A stretch of 64,000 nt of DNA from Octopus sinensis (Eukaryota): positions 103,788,001 to 103,852,000 of the forward strand of contig NC_043006.1 in assembly GCF_006345805.1 (NCBI RefSeq), written 5' to 3'. The notes under the pieces are model-generated. The model ran no database searches. It worked only from the letters and a program-made list of their open reading frames with translations, and was not told where the DNA came from. Positions 12,507 through 25,369 of the stretch are shown one piece after another (the first letter of the stretch is position 1; each line of letters opens with the position of its first letter). A program made the translations under genes and the position numbers.

Positions 12507-13805
12507 TATCAGGTTTCCTGATGGTTTCCTGCGAGAGCCACGTTTTGATCCATGAAGAATTTGTATCGGATTTTTGTAGACTTTTGAATTCTTTTTAACC
12601 ATTTTTTTGCAATTGTCTAATAATATATACAGAGTTTTCTCTAAATGCAGCAATAAACTAACATTGATTTTATTTTTCATTGTTGTTACAGTCATCTGAA
12701 ATGGAACTGTCAGAGTGCAATATTCGAGCAATTTTGCTATTCAACTTCTAAAAAGGGCGAAAAGCAGCTGAAACTGTTCGTGATATCAACGAAACATTTG
12801 GTGAGGAAATGACCAGTGAGTGGTCAGCTCGAAAATGGTTTAAACCATTTCGCAGTGGAAACCTGAACCTTGAAGATCGTGAGCGTAGTGGACGCAAATC
12901 TGCCATTGATTGCAGACAATTAAAAACCCTCATTGAGAAAGATCCACGTAAAACCACTTCATGTTAGCCAGAACTTCATGTTAACCAGAAAACCTCCTGC
13001 AACCATTTGCATGCGATCGGAAAATAAAAAAAGCTCGCAAAATGGGTTCCACAAAGATTTGAATGAAAATCAGAAAATGCGCAGATTTGAAATTTGCTCG
13101 TCGCTTCTTCTCCGTAACCAGACCGATCCATTTCTCGACCGTATTGTAACTTGTGATTAAAAGTGGATTCTGTACAATAATAAAAGAACGTTCTTCGCAG
13201 TGGCTGGGCCAAAATGAGGAACCGAAAACCTTCCCTAAACCCAAACTCTTCAAAAAGAAGTTTATGGCAACAGTTTTGGTGGTGTGCTGCAGGACTCATC
13301 CACTATAACTTCTTAATACCCGGAAAATCATTACTTCAAAAACATATCGCCATGAAATTGCCAAAATGAACGAAAAAATGGTACAACTCCTTCGTCCCAG
13401 GCTGGTCAACAGAAGAGAGTCCATCATTCTTCATGACAATATTCGACCACGCATTTCACTAATGACAATCTAGAAGATGAAGAAACTTGGCTACGAAGTT
13501 CTTCACCACCCAGCTTATTTCCCAGACCTTTCTCCTACCGACGACTACTTTATTTTTTAAGCACCTTGATGGTTTCCTGCGAGAGAAAAAGTTGACAAAT
13601 CAAACCGATGCGTTCAAAGAGTTCATCAGAGATCCAGAAGTCCAGATTTTTATGTCACCGGAATAAACAAACTTGTAACTCGTTGGCAAAAATGTGTTGA
13701 TTGTAATGGTCTTTACTTTGAGGAATAAAATTTCCGCATTGTTGGAGTATATTGTGATGAATTTCATGTTTCAAAACGTTGCTTACTTTTTATTCAGCCC
13801 GATAT
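12507..13805 (+). mobile_element. Mariner element with a transposase pseudogene (~12701-13728)
   Basis: MELSECNIRAILLFNF*KGRKAAETVRDINETFG..., FLDRIVTCD*KW, ILHDN, HHPAYFPDLSPTD (YSPDL-like); stops and frameshifts; 3' TIR ...TATTCAGCCCGATA. Confidence 0.9.
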
Positions 13806-14639
13806 ATACTGCTTTAGTGGGAAAAGTCGGTCTTTCTTAGCAAAATGCAGTCAAAACGGTTGACAATGAAATGTTACTTGTATATTATTCGGAGTGCATA
13901 ATTTTTTGGTGAAAAAGTGCAATTTAAAATTTGCTGAAATTCTCAAGTAAAAAACAAATTATTATGTACTTTGTAAATTCTTCTCCACAACCCTTTAAAT
14001 ATGCTGTATTTTCAGAGCAAGAATAAATAAATGAAGAAGAGGGTGACAGAAAATGGAAGAGCAGCAAGAAAGGAAGTGTGTCTGTGAGTGTGTGAGTGTG
14101 CGTGTGCGCGCGCCTGTGCACATGGGTTAGATTAAACACATGCAGACACATAAGTAAATATTTCGACATGCGTGACCATGATTCCATTCCATTTCCATTT
14201 GAGTATAAAATATGTTTATTTTCTCTTTGCCTACTAACCTAGAAATTCTTGAAATATTTTCTCGTTTTCATGAAAAAATTAATGCTATAATGCTCATTTC
14301 GTAAGTTTCTCTTTAAATGACATGATGCTATTTTTCAAAGACTGCTGTTGAGATTTTAGTACTATTTGCAGAGTGATTTAACAGCCCAGTCGCTTCTTAA
14401 CTAAATGAGATATTTCGTTTCACTTTACTTATTGTATAAATAGTATTGTTTTTATCTCACAATCAGTTTGAAATCGCACTTTAGAACAAGAACAATTGTC
14501 AATATCGTCTCTCACTAACGCGCGTTACTAGAAACATATATGCATGACATTAATGATTTTGCGTGTACGGAGCGTACGTGCGTGCGTGTGAGTGTGTGTG
14601 TATGTGTGTGTATGGTATACGTATGTATGCATGATTTTC

Positions 14640-14989
14640 TTTGAGTCTTATTTAAGTTCTTGAGAGAGTTCGAGTCCGTCACTATTAAAGCGAAAAGAGA
14701 TTTTGAGCTAAGAGAGTTCCCGGTGTTTGTAAATATTCGGTTGAGTTGGTGCGTAAGTCGAACTGTCGATGTATATACGCAAGGGTACGCATCTATTCAC
14801 GCAAGAATCTCAGATGGAGAATTTTTGGAATGTCTTACAAATCTTCACTGTGCCACTAATAAACTGGATTTGGAGAGTTCGCGTTTCGTTTGCCCTTTCT
14901 CCTAAAACAGACAATTTCTAGGCTTTTGTGCAAATTTGTTGGTACATAATTTGTTGGTACATAACCTAATGCACCTACGATGATAGGTA

Positions 14990-14990
<1 letters not shown>
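14640..14990 (-). mobile_element. 3' end fragment of an R4/Dong-type (RLE) retrotransposon
   Basis: Minus strand VPIIVGALG followed by IQFISGTVKICKTFQKF, typical of RLE C-termini. Confidence 0.6.
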
Positions 14991-15022
<32 letters not shown>

Positions 15023-15174
15023 ATGTATGTATGTATGAATGTATGTATGTATGTATGTATGTATGTATGTGTGTATGTATGTATGTATGTATGCATGTAT
15101 GTATGTGTGTATGTATGTATGTATGTATGTATGTTTGTATGTATGTATGTATGTATGTAGGTATGTATATATGC

Positions 15175-15205
<31 letters not shown>

Positions 15206-15540
15206 TGTATGTATGAATGCATGTATGTATGTATGAATGTATGTATGTATGTATGTATGTATGCATGTATGAATGTATGTATGTATGTATGAATGTATGT
15301 ATGTATGTATGTATGTATGTATGTATGCATGTATGAATGTATGTATGTATGTATGTATGAATGTATGTATGTATGTATGTATGTATGCATGTATGAATGT
15401 ATGTATGTATGTATGTATGTATGAATGTATGTATGTATGTATGTATGCATGTATGAATGTATGTATGTATGTATGAATTTATGTATGTATGTATGTGTGT
15501 ATGTATGTATGTATGTATGTATGTAAGTATGTATATATGC

Positions 15541-15571
<31 letters not shown>

Positions 15572-15725
15572 TGTATGTATGAATGCATGTATGTATGAAT
15601 GTATGTATGTATGCATGTATGAATGTATGTATGTATGTATGTATGTATGCATGTATGAATGTATGTATGTATGTATGTATGTATGTATGTATGTATGTAT
15701 GTATGTATGTATGTATGCATGTAGG
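14990..15725. repeat. (CTGT)n+(TATG)n microsatellite
   Basis: Directly visible. Confidence 0.95.
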
Positions 15726-16129
15726 TATATGCCAAAGCCTTGAATGATGACATCAGAATGTAGAACACGTGTTTCTGCCTCTTTATACTTCGTACTTCGC
15801 TGCAACATATCCCCAACTCACTCGTCGTTCAAACCCACAAAGAACGACTCGTCTTATATGTAATTAATAATACTAAATTTATCAGCGAAGGCAAAATTTT
15901 GTCAAAGCTGATCACAGAGCAGCTGGATGTGTCTTGACACCCATTGCCTATGATTCTTTTTCCAAGAAACGATAGCGCAGTAAATGTATATCTACGTTTG
16001 AGAGTGAACAAACATGTTAAACATAAATGGAAGGAGTTTTATTTTAATCATTCCTGATTCCTGTACTAGTTTAAAATTAATTAAAAACGAAATATTCGTG
16101 AACGGCAACTATCTTTTAATTACATCTCT

Positions 16130-16447
16130 TCGAATAACGACCTATGCGACTTACGACCATCCTCACTAACGACCACAAAAAATGAAAATAAAGAAATAAA
16201 TTAATAAAAATCGATTGTTGAATGCAGGGCAGCTGCGCGTTCGATAACTATGGCAGCATCTGGCAATGCAGGCCTCCCTCAGACCCAGGCATCAACTGCC
16301 TGCCATTATCTCTCACTCAGTCGCTTTCAAGCATCAGTTGCATGAAGGAAAATAAGTGTTAAAAAATATAAATCCGACGTATGACCAGATCGACTTACGA
16401 CCTGTCAGCCGGAACGGAACTTGGTCGTAAGTCGAGGAGCAAGTGTA
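16130..16447. mobile_element. pogo/Tigger-like non-autonomous end
   Basis: GGTCGTAAGTCGAGGAGCAAGTG|TA terminus; internal CGACTTACGACC at ~16147 and ~16390. Confidence 0.55.
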
Positions 16448-17476
16448 CAAGACAAATATCTTTCAAGTACAAGAGATTATTCTCGATAGGATTTTCTGAG
16501 CTTGTACTTTATTCTGATCTCGTTAACAAAGTACAAACTTTACTGAATATTAAGCGAAATATTGGTATGAGTCTATATCAGAAACTAAATATGATTTCTA
16601 TATAATAATATTCTTACAAAAGATAAACAAACATTTATCAGATTTCTCTACGTGAATTTATAATAATAGATATTCTTCCTACAATCGCCCTAATATATAT
16701 CATTTTCATCAGTTTCCACTTTTCTTTGTCAAAAATATATATATACCAATCACAACATTGTCAGTTTTATAATTGGCTTCTGCTTGCTCTAAGTCATTTG
16801 AATATATCTATCTGTGTTTTTCTGAAGTTTTTTTTTTTTTGCTTCCTATTTGGCGGATGATAGGTGGGTGTAATAATAAATGTTATACATCTACGCTACT
16901 TATGAGAGTTGAGCGCTGTTTAATACGAACAGTTTCCAAATATTAAAGTGCGATTCCAGTACCTCATTCATCATCTCAATGACAACAACTGTAGCTGTAC
17001 TGTATCAACAGAGGCATAGCTATGGTGTTTACGACATCAGTTTGGTTTTTGTCTTTCAATGCCCAACTGAGAATAATTTTCCCTACAGGGGGCGTATTTA
17101 AACTATTTTTGTTGTATTTTGAGTGTTTTACACTTTTTCTTCTGCTTTCGTTATTTTCATTATTTTTCCTCTGCGTTTCTTTTGTTGGCCAATTTCCAGA
17201 CTTTTCCCCCTGGTATTTATTTACTTTATGCTATTTCATCTAACTCAATAACGCTTTTTAATTTTTTATTTGTTTTCGTTTTCGTAAGTCCTTTAAGATT
17301 GTTTGTCATTTTAATAATAATCTTACACACCCACAGAAACACATTTACACGCACGTACTCGCGCGCACACAAGCACACACACACACATATATACGGTAAT
17401 GTACAAATGAATACATATAAGTACACATGTATATCTATGTGTGTATTTACATATATATATATATATATATATACGC

Positions 17477-17509
<33 letters not shown>

Positions 17510-17654
17510 TATCTGTATGTATACATATATGTGTATTATATATATATATATATATGTACTATCCATGTATATATATTTATATGTGTATTAAATATATACA
17601 TATATATATGTACATATAAGAGAGACGGGCTGACAGGCGGTCAGACGCAGACGC

Positions 17655-17749
<95 letters not shown>

Positions 17750-18473
17750 CAAATAGCTAGATAACTTATTCAATATCTTGGAATGGACTCATTTCTTGAT
17801 TTCAGTTCACCTGTAGCAGAAAGGTATGTACTGAAAAACGCATTAAGTAGGGAGCAGAATAAAGGATAGGACCAAAAAAAAAAACGGAAGAATTGGAAAA
17901 TAATTTTGAAAGCCAAAAAAAGAAATAAAATAAAATGCTTGAAGTATAATATCAAAAAGCAACTGCAAAAAATAAAACCCCGCAAAAGCCTCAAATGTTG
18001 GCAGATTCATATAAGAATGAATTCGTACGCCGAGTTCCTTGTTTTTTCATCAAGTCTTCGAGATGTCTCGACAGCATCTCTATCATTTTTTGTTTGTCTA
18101 TTTGTCTTTTGTTTTGTGTGTTTATTTATTTGTATATATATCTATGTTTGTGTATTTTTGTGTTTTTTCCACATTTTTTTGTTCTTTCTTTTCTTTACCC
18201 CCATTTCTTAAATTTTTTTTCTCCTTCTTTCTATTTTTCCTTCTTTTATAGCCTCCTCTCTCGGCTATGAGTGTGTGAGTATTACAAACATGTACACAAC
18301 ACCCGCCCCACCGTACAATACACCTCCACATACGAATATATACACACACATACACATATGTATATATATACATAAAAATATATGTATATATATATACACA
18401 TATATATGTATGTATATATCTACGTAAACATATACACTTGTGTATTCATGTGTGTTTATTGCTAATATATAAA

Positions 18474-18507
<34 letters not shown>

Positions 18508-18528
18508 TAGATAGATAGATAGATAGAC

Positions 18529-18616
<88 letters not shown>

Positions 18617-18784
18617 TGCTTATATGTAAATAGAGAGATATTTTTGTACGTATACACGACTACCTTTATCCTTTTTGTTCTTTTCTGTATCCATTTACCT
18701 ATCTTAGATGCCTACGTGATTATATATTTGCCTGTCTATATACCTACGAGGCTTTCTAACTATGAAGCCATCAGCTGATCTATT

Positions 18785-18840
<56 letters not shown>

Positions 18841-18842
<2 letters not shown>

Positions 18843-19515
18843 ATCATTACAGATATAGGGTGAAAGATAATTAATTTAATAAAATCAACAAATTTCACCT
18901 AGTAGTTTTTCGGTATGGAAAACGACCATATTCGGTAAAAACTTATACAAAAAGTTTTTTTTTATATATAATTATAACAATAAGGGTTTTGCAACAAGTT
19001 GCTTGACCACATACCGAAAATTTTAGAAATAGCAGCCAAAGGACTACTATTTCCTTTTTCTACAAAAATATGTCTCCACAGACAACAATATTTGTAACCT
19101 ACACTTGGCAAAAAAAGAAGAAAAATAATGAAATCAAACAGTCTTCGATTAATTATGGACGCGTTTCTGGATTAGAATCATAAGATTCATTTCCGTTATC
19201 AATATAATATTTCGATAAATAATTCTGAAGATGCTAGGAACTTATCCCTTATATTTCCGACCAATCGTCATCGGCACATATATAAGCTAAACAGCATATC
19301 CACATTTATATAGACGAGTGAATTCGTACTTCCCTCCAAATTTTTCTACCATGTGAATCACTAAATAGTACTGCCGAAAAAAGATTCGTAGTTTTGTTGT
19401 AGGGGGGTGAAATAATCATTACAGATTTAGGGTGAAAGATAATTAATTTAATAAAATCAACAAATTTCACCTAGTAGTTTTTCGGTATGGAAAAGGACCA
19501 TACTCGGTAAAAACT
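18841..19515 (-). mobile_element. Penelope-like relic with partial direct repeat (period 572 bp) and HHR
   Basis: TAATCATTACAGAT.TAGGGTGAAAG... at 18841 and 19413; shares the GAAATAGCAGCCAAA motif with 56325-56752; (TA)n flanks. Confidence 0.7.
19152..19208 (-). ncRNA. Minimal hammerhead ribozyme, U3:A8 core, stem-I closing mismatch
   Basis: Minus strand: AUUAUA-UUGAUAA-C-GGA..(GAAUC UUAU GAUUC)..UCC-A-GAAAC-GC-GUC|CAUAAU. Confidence 0.7.
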
Positions 19516-19534
19516 ATATATATATCTATATAGT

Positions 19535-19745
19535 TAAACAAAACATGCAAACACAAAGAGAAAACACAACAACGCGAGGACGTGGAACAAATATAGTATT
19601 AGTGGACGCTCAGGAAGGAAGGAAAGAAGGAGGGTTTAACGTTTTGAGCGGAGCTCTTCGTCTGAAACATAGGAAAAGGAAAGATCCAAAGAAGGGAAGA
19701 CGGAAGAAAAAAGATCGCCAACGGTACACACGCGGTCATATTTTG
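19535..19745 (-). mobile_element. Family A copy (degenerate HHR 19634-19668)
   Basis: Homologous to 505-720. Confidence 0.75.
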
Positions 19746-20004
19746 AAATGTATATATATATATATGAATGTATGTATGTACGTATGTATGTATGTATGTA
19801 TGTATGTATGTATGTATGCATGCATGTATGTATATATGTATGTATGTATATTTTTGTCTATCCATCTATTATATTGTGTATGCAGAGGTGCATACATTCA
19901 CACACGCTCGTACGTGTGTGTATGTGTATTTATACAAAGTTAGATATATAGATATAGGATAAGTTTTTGCATACCTATATTTCTTCGTATTCTTTTATTC
20001 CTTT

Positions 20005-20152
20005 CCTTGACTGTGCCCATGCATAGTACTTATTCTATCAACATCTTTGGCCGGACCGCTAGGTTACGGGAACCTAACCATACCAGCATCGCTTTTCAAG
20101 CGATGGTGTGGGAGGACAAACACAGGAACACACGCACTAGTATATACAAATA

Positions 20153-20184
<32 letters not shown>

Positions 20185-20345
20185 CGACGGGCTTCTTCAA
20201 GTTTCCTTTTACCAAATCCACTCACCAGGCATTTTCGGCCTGAGGCTATAGTAGAAGACACTTGCCCAAAGTGCCACGCAGTGGGACTGAACCCGGAACC
20301 ATGTGGTTGGGAAGCAAGCTACTTACCACACATCCACTCTTACGC
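20005..20345 (-). mobile_element. SINE family II with an internal microsatellite
   Basis: tRNA-like head plus body split by (TA)n; matches 54155-54530. Confidence 0.85.
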
Positions 20346-20759
20346 CTATAATTTCCAGCACCACCACCATCGCTATGAAGAAACTAATACCCTTTTTATC
20401 TGATAATCCGCTGCCAGTTTTGTACTAAAAATACTATTTTCCGTACAGATTGGTGGATAATGTACCAACAGTGCGCCGAACAAAATCTTCCTTCGCATTC
20501 AGTTAAAATACGCAAAAATGCACAGTTTGGTTTTATATTTAACTGATTTACAGCATATATGTACCAGTTATGCTCTGGAATTGATATCAACAGGTACCTC
20601 GCCCCTCAACGTTCTAAGTTTTAAATATATCATTAGTAGATTTTGTCAACTCAGCCCAATATCGATAAAATAAGTAGCAATAACGTAATTGGACTGAATC
20701 TGTCCACTTCCCTTTTTCTATAAATTCGAAACCATATAGGTACTGTCAGCCAGAACTGG

Positions 20760-21060
20760 CAAGTGAATATGACGTGGTAACATCCATCGTGTTTTACCAA
20801 ATGGGTTTTAGATACATATGTGGCTGCGAACAGCCACAGGCTCACTCTCAACCCTTTCGACTTTGACTCAGCAGATTATCTAGGAAGTAGAGAGAGCTGT
20901 GTCAGCAACCCCTTCGTACTCATTAGATCTGATTAGGTGAGATCAACGTGAAATGAAATACCTTACTTGAGGACACAAAGTGCCGCCCAATCCAGGGTGT
21001 GAACCTACGTCCATATGATCATAAGCCAAACACCCCTAACCGCGAAGCCACGTTCTTTCA
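20760..21060 (-). mobile_element. Degenerate tRNA-derived SINE (family III, CORE-like)
   Basis: Antisense A/B-box-like end (CACCCCTAACC...GCCACG) and GTGAAATGAAAT..CTTGAGGACACA core-like segment. Confidence 0.55.
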
Positions 21061-22127
21061 CATTGTAATTATATGACTATGCTAAGATATTAATAGCTAT
21101 AGTCTGTACATCATAGTTCATGTCGATATATTACCCACGCATTCTCACGTGTTACCTGCAACACTACGCACAACGGTACATAGGTTCGATGGTAAGTGCG
21201 TAAACCACGGACACTAGACAGTGTTGGAATGTCGAAAGCTTAACGAGTGATGGAATTGATGCATAGCTTGGTTTAACAACACCGCATAACACGTGCAGCT
21301 GTCAGAATTCTTTACGCTTGAAATATTCTTACAAGGTCTCTGGTCTGATATACTCGAGAACTGTTCTGTTTCTCTCACCGGTGATCGCACCCTTACAAAA
21401 GAATCTCACCCTCTGCCTCTCACCACAAAATTGTGCACAATAAAGTACTTTAAAAAAAATTGAAAATACAAAGCCTACTGACGCCTTCTCACTAATACTG
21501 CATGGTTCTACAGCGATGTTCTCCAGACTGCAATAATGTCTATTAATGATTTTAGCATTCATTGCGCGAATTCCTAAAAGCGAAGTGAACCGAAGCATGG
21601 CATGTGTCGTTAATCGAAATCAGTATTTGAAGTCAATTATATAGAACACCCACTGATTCAAGCTAATTATATAGATCGCTCACTGATTAGAGTTAATTAT
21701 TCCACAATAGTTATCTCTTTATTCTTACATTGCCGAAACAAGTGAAATTTAAATGACTTCGCCATAGACAAAACGGAATGACACTATATAAACAAGTTAC
21801 CTCAAAGCCGCTAGACAGGCATCGAAACTAGATTATCAGTAGATAATCTAGTTTCTCTCTCCCTCACCCTTCCACCCCTCTCTCTCTCTCTTTGTTTCTT
21901 TCTGAAGCGATATATCACTCTGGCACTCAACTCCGGGTGCAAGGGGCTTTATAGCTGATAAAGTTATAAAAAGAAAGAAGCTTACACGAGCCCTGTTCCT
22001 GTGGCTCTATGTGGGATTGAACACCAAGTCTCGCGTTTCAAGAGTAGAATTCCTAATACATTCATACCCATGTCTCCATACATGCATAAAATATGTCTGA
22101 TAATTTACCTATTTGTGTTTTGTAAAG

Positions 22128-22760
22128 GGCGGCGAGCTGGCAGAAACGTTAGCACGCCGGGTGAAATGCTTTGCAGTATTTCGTCTGCCGTTACGTTGTG
22201 AGTTCAAATTACGCCGAGGTCGACTTTGCCTTTCATCCTTTCGGGGTCGATTAAATAAGTACCAGTTACGCACTGGGGGTCGATATAATCGACTTAATAC
22301 CTATATCTGTCCTTGTTTGTCCCCTCTATGTGTAGCCCCTTGTGGGTAATAAAGAAATAGGTATTTCGTCTGTCGTTACGTTGTGAGTTCAAATTCCGCC
22401 GAGGTCAACTTTGCCTTTCATCCTTTCGGGGTCGGTTAAATAAGTACCAGTTACGCACTGGGGTCGATATAATTGACTTAATCCGTTTGTCTGTCCTTGT
22501 TTGTCTTCTCTGTGTTTACCCCATTGTGGGTAGTAAAGAAATAAGAAACGTTAGCCGCCGGGTGAAATGCTTAGCGATATTTCGTCTGCCGTTACGTTGT
22601 GAGTTCAAATTCTGCGGAGGTCAACTTTGCCTTTCATTCTTTCGGGGTCGATAAGTTAAGTACCAGTTACGCACTGGGGTCGATATAATCGACTTAATCC
22701 GTTTGTCTGTCCTTCCTTGCCCCCTCTATGTTTAGCCCCTTGTGGGTAGTAAAGAAATAT
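22128..22760 (+). mobile_element. SINE family I, tandem trimer
   Basis: Full monomer 22128-22360, head-less monomer 22361-22545, monomer starting at AGAAACGTTAG 22546-22760. Confidence 0.92.
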
Positions 22761-22884
22761 ATTTGTTTTGTAATGCCAGTCTGCTATAGAAATCTACAAC
22801 TTGGGTAAAGCGTACGTGTGTGTGTGTGTGCACGTGTGCGTCCGTGAGCAACATAATTGGATATAAATGTCTCTAAATAACGTT

Positions 22885-24130
22885 GCAATTACCTGAAAAG
22901 AGGATAATCAGGGGGAGCAAGGTCAAGGGGGTAAGGAGGATGTGCCAGATCTGTCATATCTAGTACCATAATCTTTTTCTCCGTTACTTGATTAATATGT
23001 GGTCTTGCACAATTGAGTAAAAGCAACAATCCTTTACGGTTGATCAATAATTTGCGCTTTACTTCACAATTTTGTGCAATGCTTCCAATTTGACGGTAAT
23101 ACTTCCTCTCATTAACCTTTTCGCTTTGGTTTAACTCTTCGTGGTAGATAACGCATTTCAAATCGCATCAGACACAGGGCTTAACTTTCTCCGAGGGTAC
23201 TTCTGGTTTGGTGAGGGTTTATCCTGTTTTGATGAGTGCTATCCATTGACATCAGTTGTGAGGATTTTACCCAGGAAAGGATCGTTAGCAAATCTAATCC
23301 TCAATGATGTGCAGAGGGCAACCCTTTCATTGATATCCAACGACCAAGTTCAGAAAATTTTCCTACTTCATGATTGTTTTTTTTTTTTTTCCTATGATCG
23401 AAATGTGACTTGAACTTAACTATTTTGCGAATTCGTGTGTAGTAACTTGGAATTTTGGGGATTTTTCACTAGTTTTTTCAAACAGTCAATAACTAACAGA
23501 ATTTCGGCGTCCAAATTTAAGGCGGCGAGCTGGCAGAAACGTTAGCACGCCGGGCGAAATGCGTAGCCGTATTTCGTCTGCCGTTACGTTGTGAGTTCAA
23601 ATTCCGCCGAGGTCGACTTTGCCTTTCATTCTCTCGGGGTCGATAAATTAAGTAGCAGGTACGCACTGGGGTCGCTGTAATCGACTTAATCCGTGTGTCT
23701 GTCCTTGTTTGTCCTCTCTGTGTTTAGCCCCTTGTAGGTAGTAGAGAAATAGAAATAGGTGTTTTGTCTGCCGCTACGTTCTGACTTCAAATTCCGCCGT
23801 GGTCGACTTTGCCTTTCATTCTTTCGGGGTCGATTAAATACGTACCAGTTACACACTGGGGTCGATATAATCAACTTAATCCCTTTGTCTGTACTTGTTT
23901 GTCCTCTCTATGTTTAGCCCCTTGTGAGCAATAAAGAAATAAGAATTTGGGCGTCCAGATTGAGGGAAATCTACGAGAGAAAAGGGGTCCCACGTAACTG
24001 GCCAAACCATCGGTGATATGTTTCGAAACTTACAGCTTTATTTTCAATGATAGGACAAATATTTCTCGATGCTTCAATTACAGAGAACCCCCCTTTGAAT
24101 TCATATAGCATGCGGTATCTACTATGGTTC
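22885..24130 (-). mobile_element. Mariner transposase relic interrupted by a SINE dimer
   Basis: MLYEFKGG...ASRNIC...YHRWF (N-terminus) and CARPH...LAHPPYPLDLAPPDYPLF (catalytic C-terminus). Confidence 0.85.
23518..23941 (+). mobile_element. SINE family I dimer with a ~20-bp target-site duplication
   Basis: AGAATTTCGGCGTCCAAATT (23498-23517) versus AGAATTTGGGCGTCCAGATT (23942-23961). Confidence 0.9.
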
Positions 24131-24250
24131 TCATTGAAACTTATTTTTGAAAGGCAAAATCGATACGAATTTAACAACAATGGTATAGAGTAAGCTCCAA
24201 ATTAAGAAAATGAAACAAAAATAATAATGTGATCGAATGGAAAATGCGAC

Positions 24251-24319
<69 letters not shown>

Positions 24320-24519
24320 GTGTGTATGTTGTGTGTGTGTGTGTGTGTGTATGTGTATATATATATGTATGCATATATTTGTATATTATTTACATTATTA
24401 TATGATCGAACGCCATGCATCCTTTTCCAAGTAAGTTTTCTTCTTAATAATTACGATGCGCACTCTTATTCTATCTCTTTTCTGCCTATCTCTCTCTCTC
24501 TCTCTCTCTCCTTTCTATT

Positions 24520-24995
24520 CCATCGTAACTGCCTCCACTGGTTCGTTCACTCGTCTGTATTCCAACGGGGTGGTAAAGACACTTTTGAACTGGTCATTCA
24601 TTACCTCACTGATCCTGGCTGGACTATCTGTGAGGGAGCCATCCTTTTGGAAGAGGGGTCCTATCTTGCAGAGTACTGATGCTGTTTCATTGGCGGAATG
24701 AAAGAAGGCCTTTGTGTTTGACTTAATGCCTTTATAACCCAGGATTCTTTATTTGCCCTTTCCCTCGTTTAGGATTGTTGCAGGCTTTTTTCAATCTCCA
24801 TCAGTGTTGTTTTTAGGCGGGACCTTTCGCTCCTTTTCAGATGTAGTTAGAGTCGATTTTCAACCTTCGTCCGTCATCTCATGAGGATCTTCCTCTCCCT
24901 TGGAATCTTGTTGCTATTTGTTGTGGCCTTGTGCTCTGGAACATATTTCAGGCTTATGGCTTGCACAACAGACATAAAATATTCTAGTTTCATGT
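24520..24995 (-). pseudogene. CR1-like LINE fragment (EN-RT linker)
   Basis: Minus strand IKSNTKAFF...KIGPLFQKDGSLTDSPARISEVMNDQFKSVFTTP, with stops. Confidence 0.75.
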
Positions 24996-25107
24996 CAAAG
25001 TCTGTTCTCATTTCTCATTCTTTGAACGTTTTTTTTATGTCCTATACCCATATAGGCATTTATATATGCATATAGATGTTGGTAATACATATATGTATAT
25101 ATGCATA

Positions 25108-25166
<59 letters not shown>

Positions 25167-25202
25167 TGTATATATATAAATATATTAAATAAATAAATAA
25201 AT

Positions 25203-25256
<54 letters not shown>

Positions 25257-25369
25257 ATCCCAACAAGAAAGTACAAACAACACAACAACGCGAGGACGTG
25301 GAATAAATATAGTATTATTGGACGCTCAGGAAAGAAGGAAAGAAGGAGGGTTTAACGTTTATGTATATA

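Noticed and set aside
20450-20592. AG...GT-bounded segment resembling an exon
   Set aside because: All three frames contain stops.
21824-21855. Perfect 14-bp hairpin starting GAAAC as an HHR stem III
   Set aside because: No CUGANGA-like core or stem I upstream; kept only as a simple inverted repeat.
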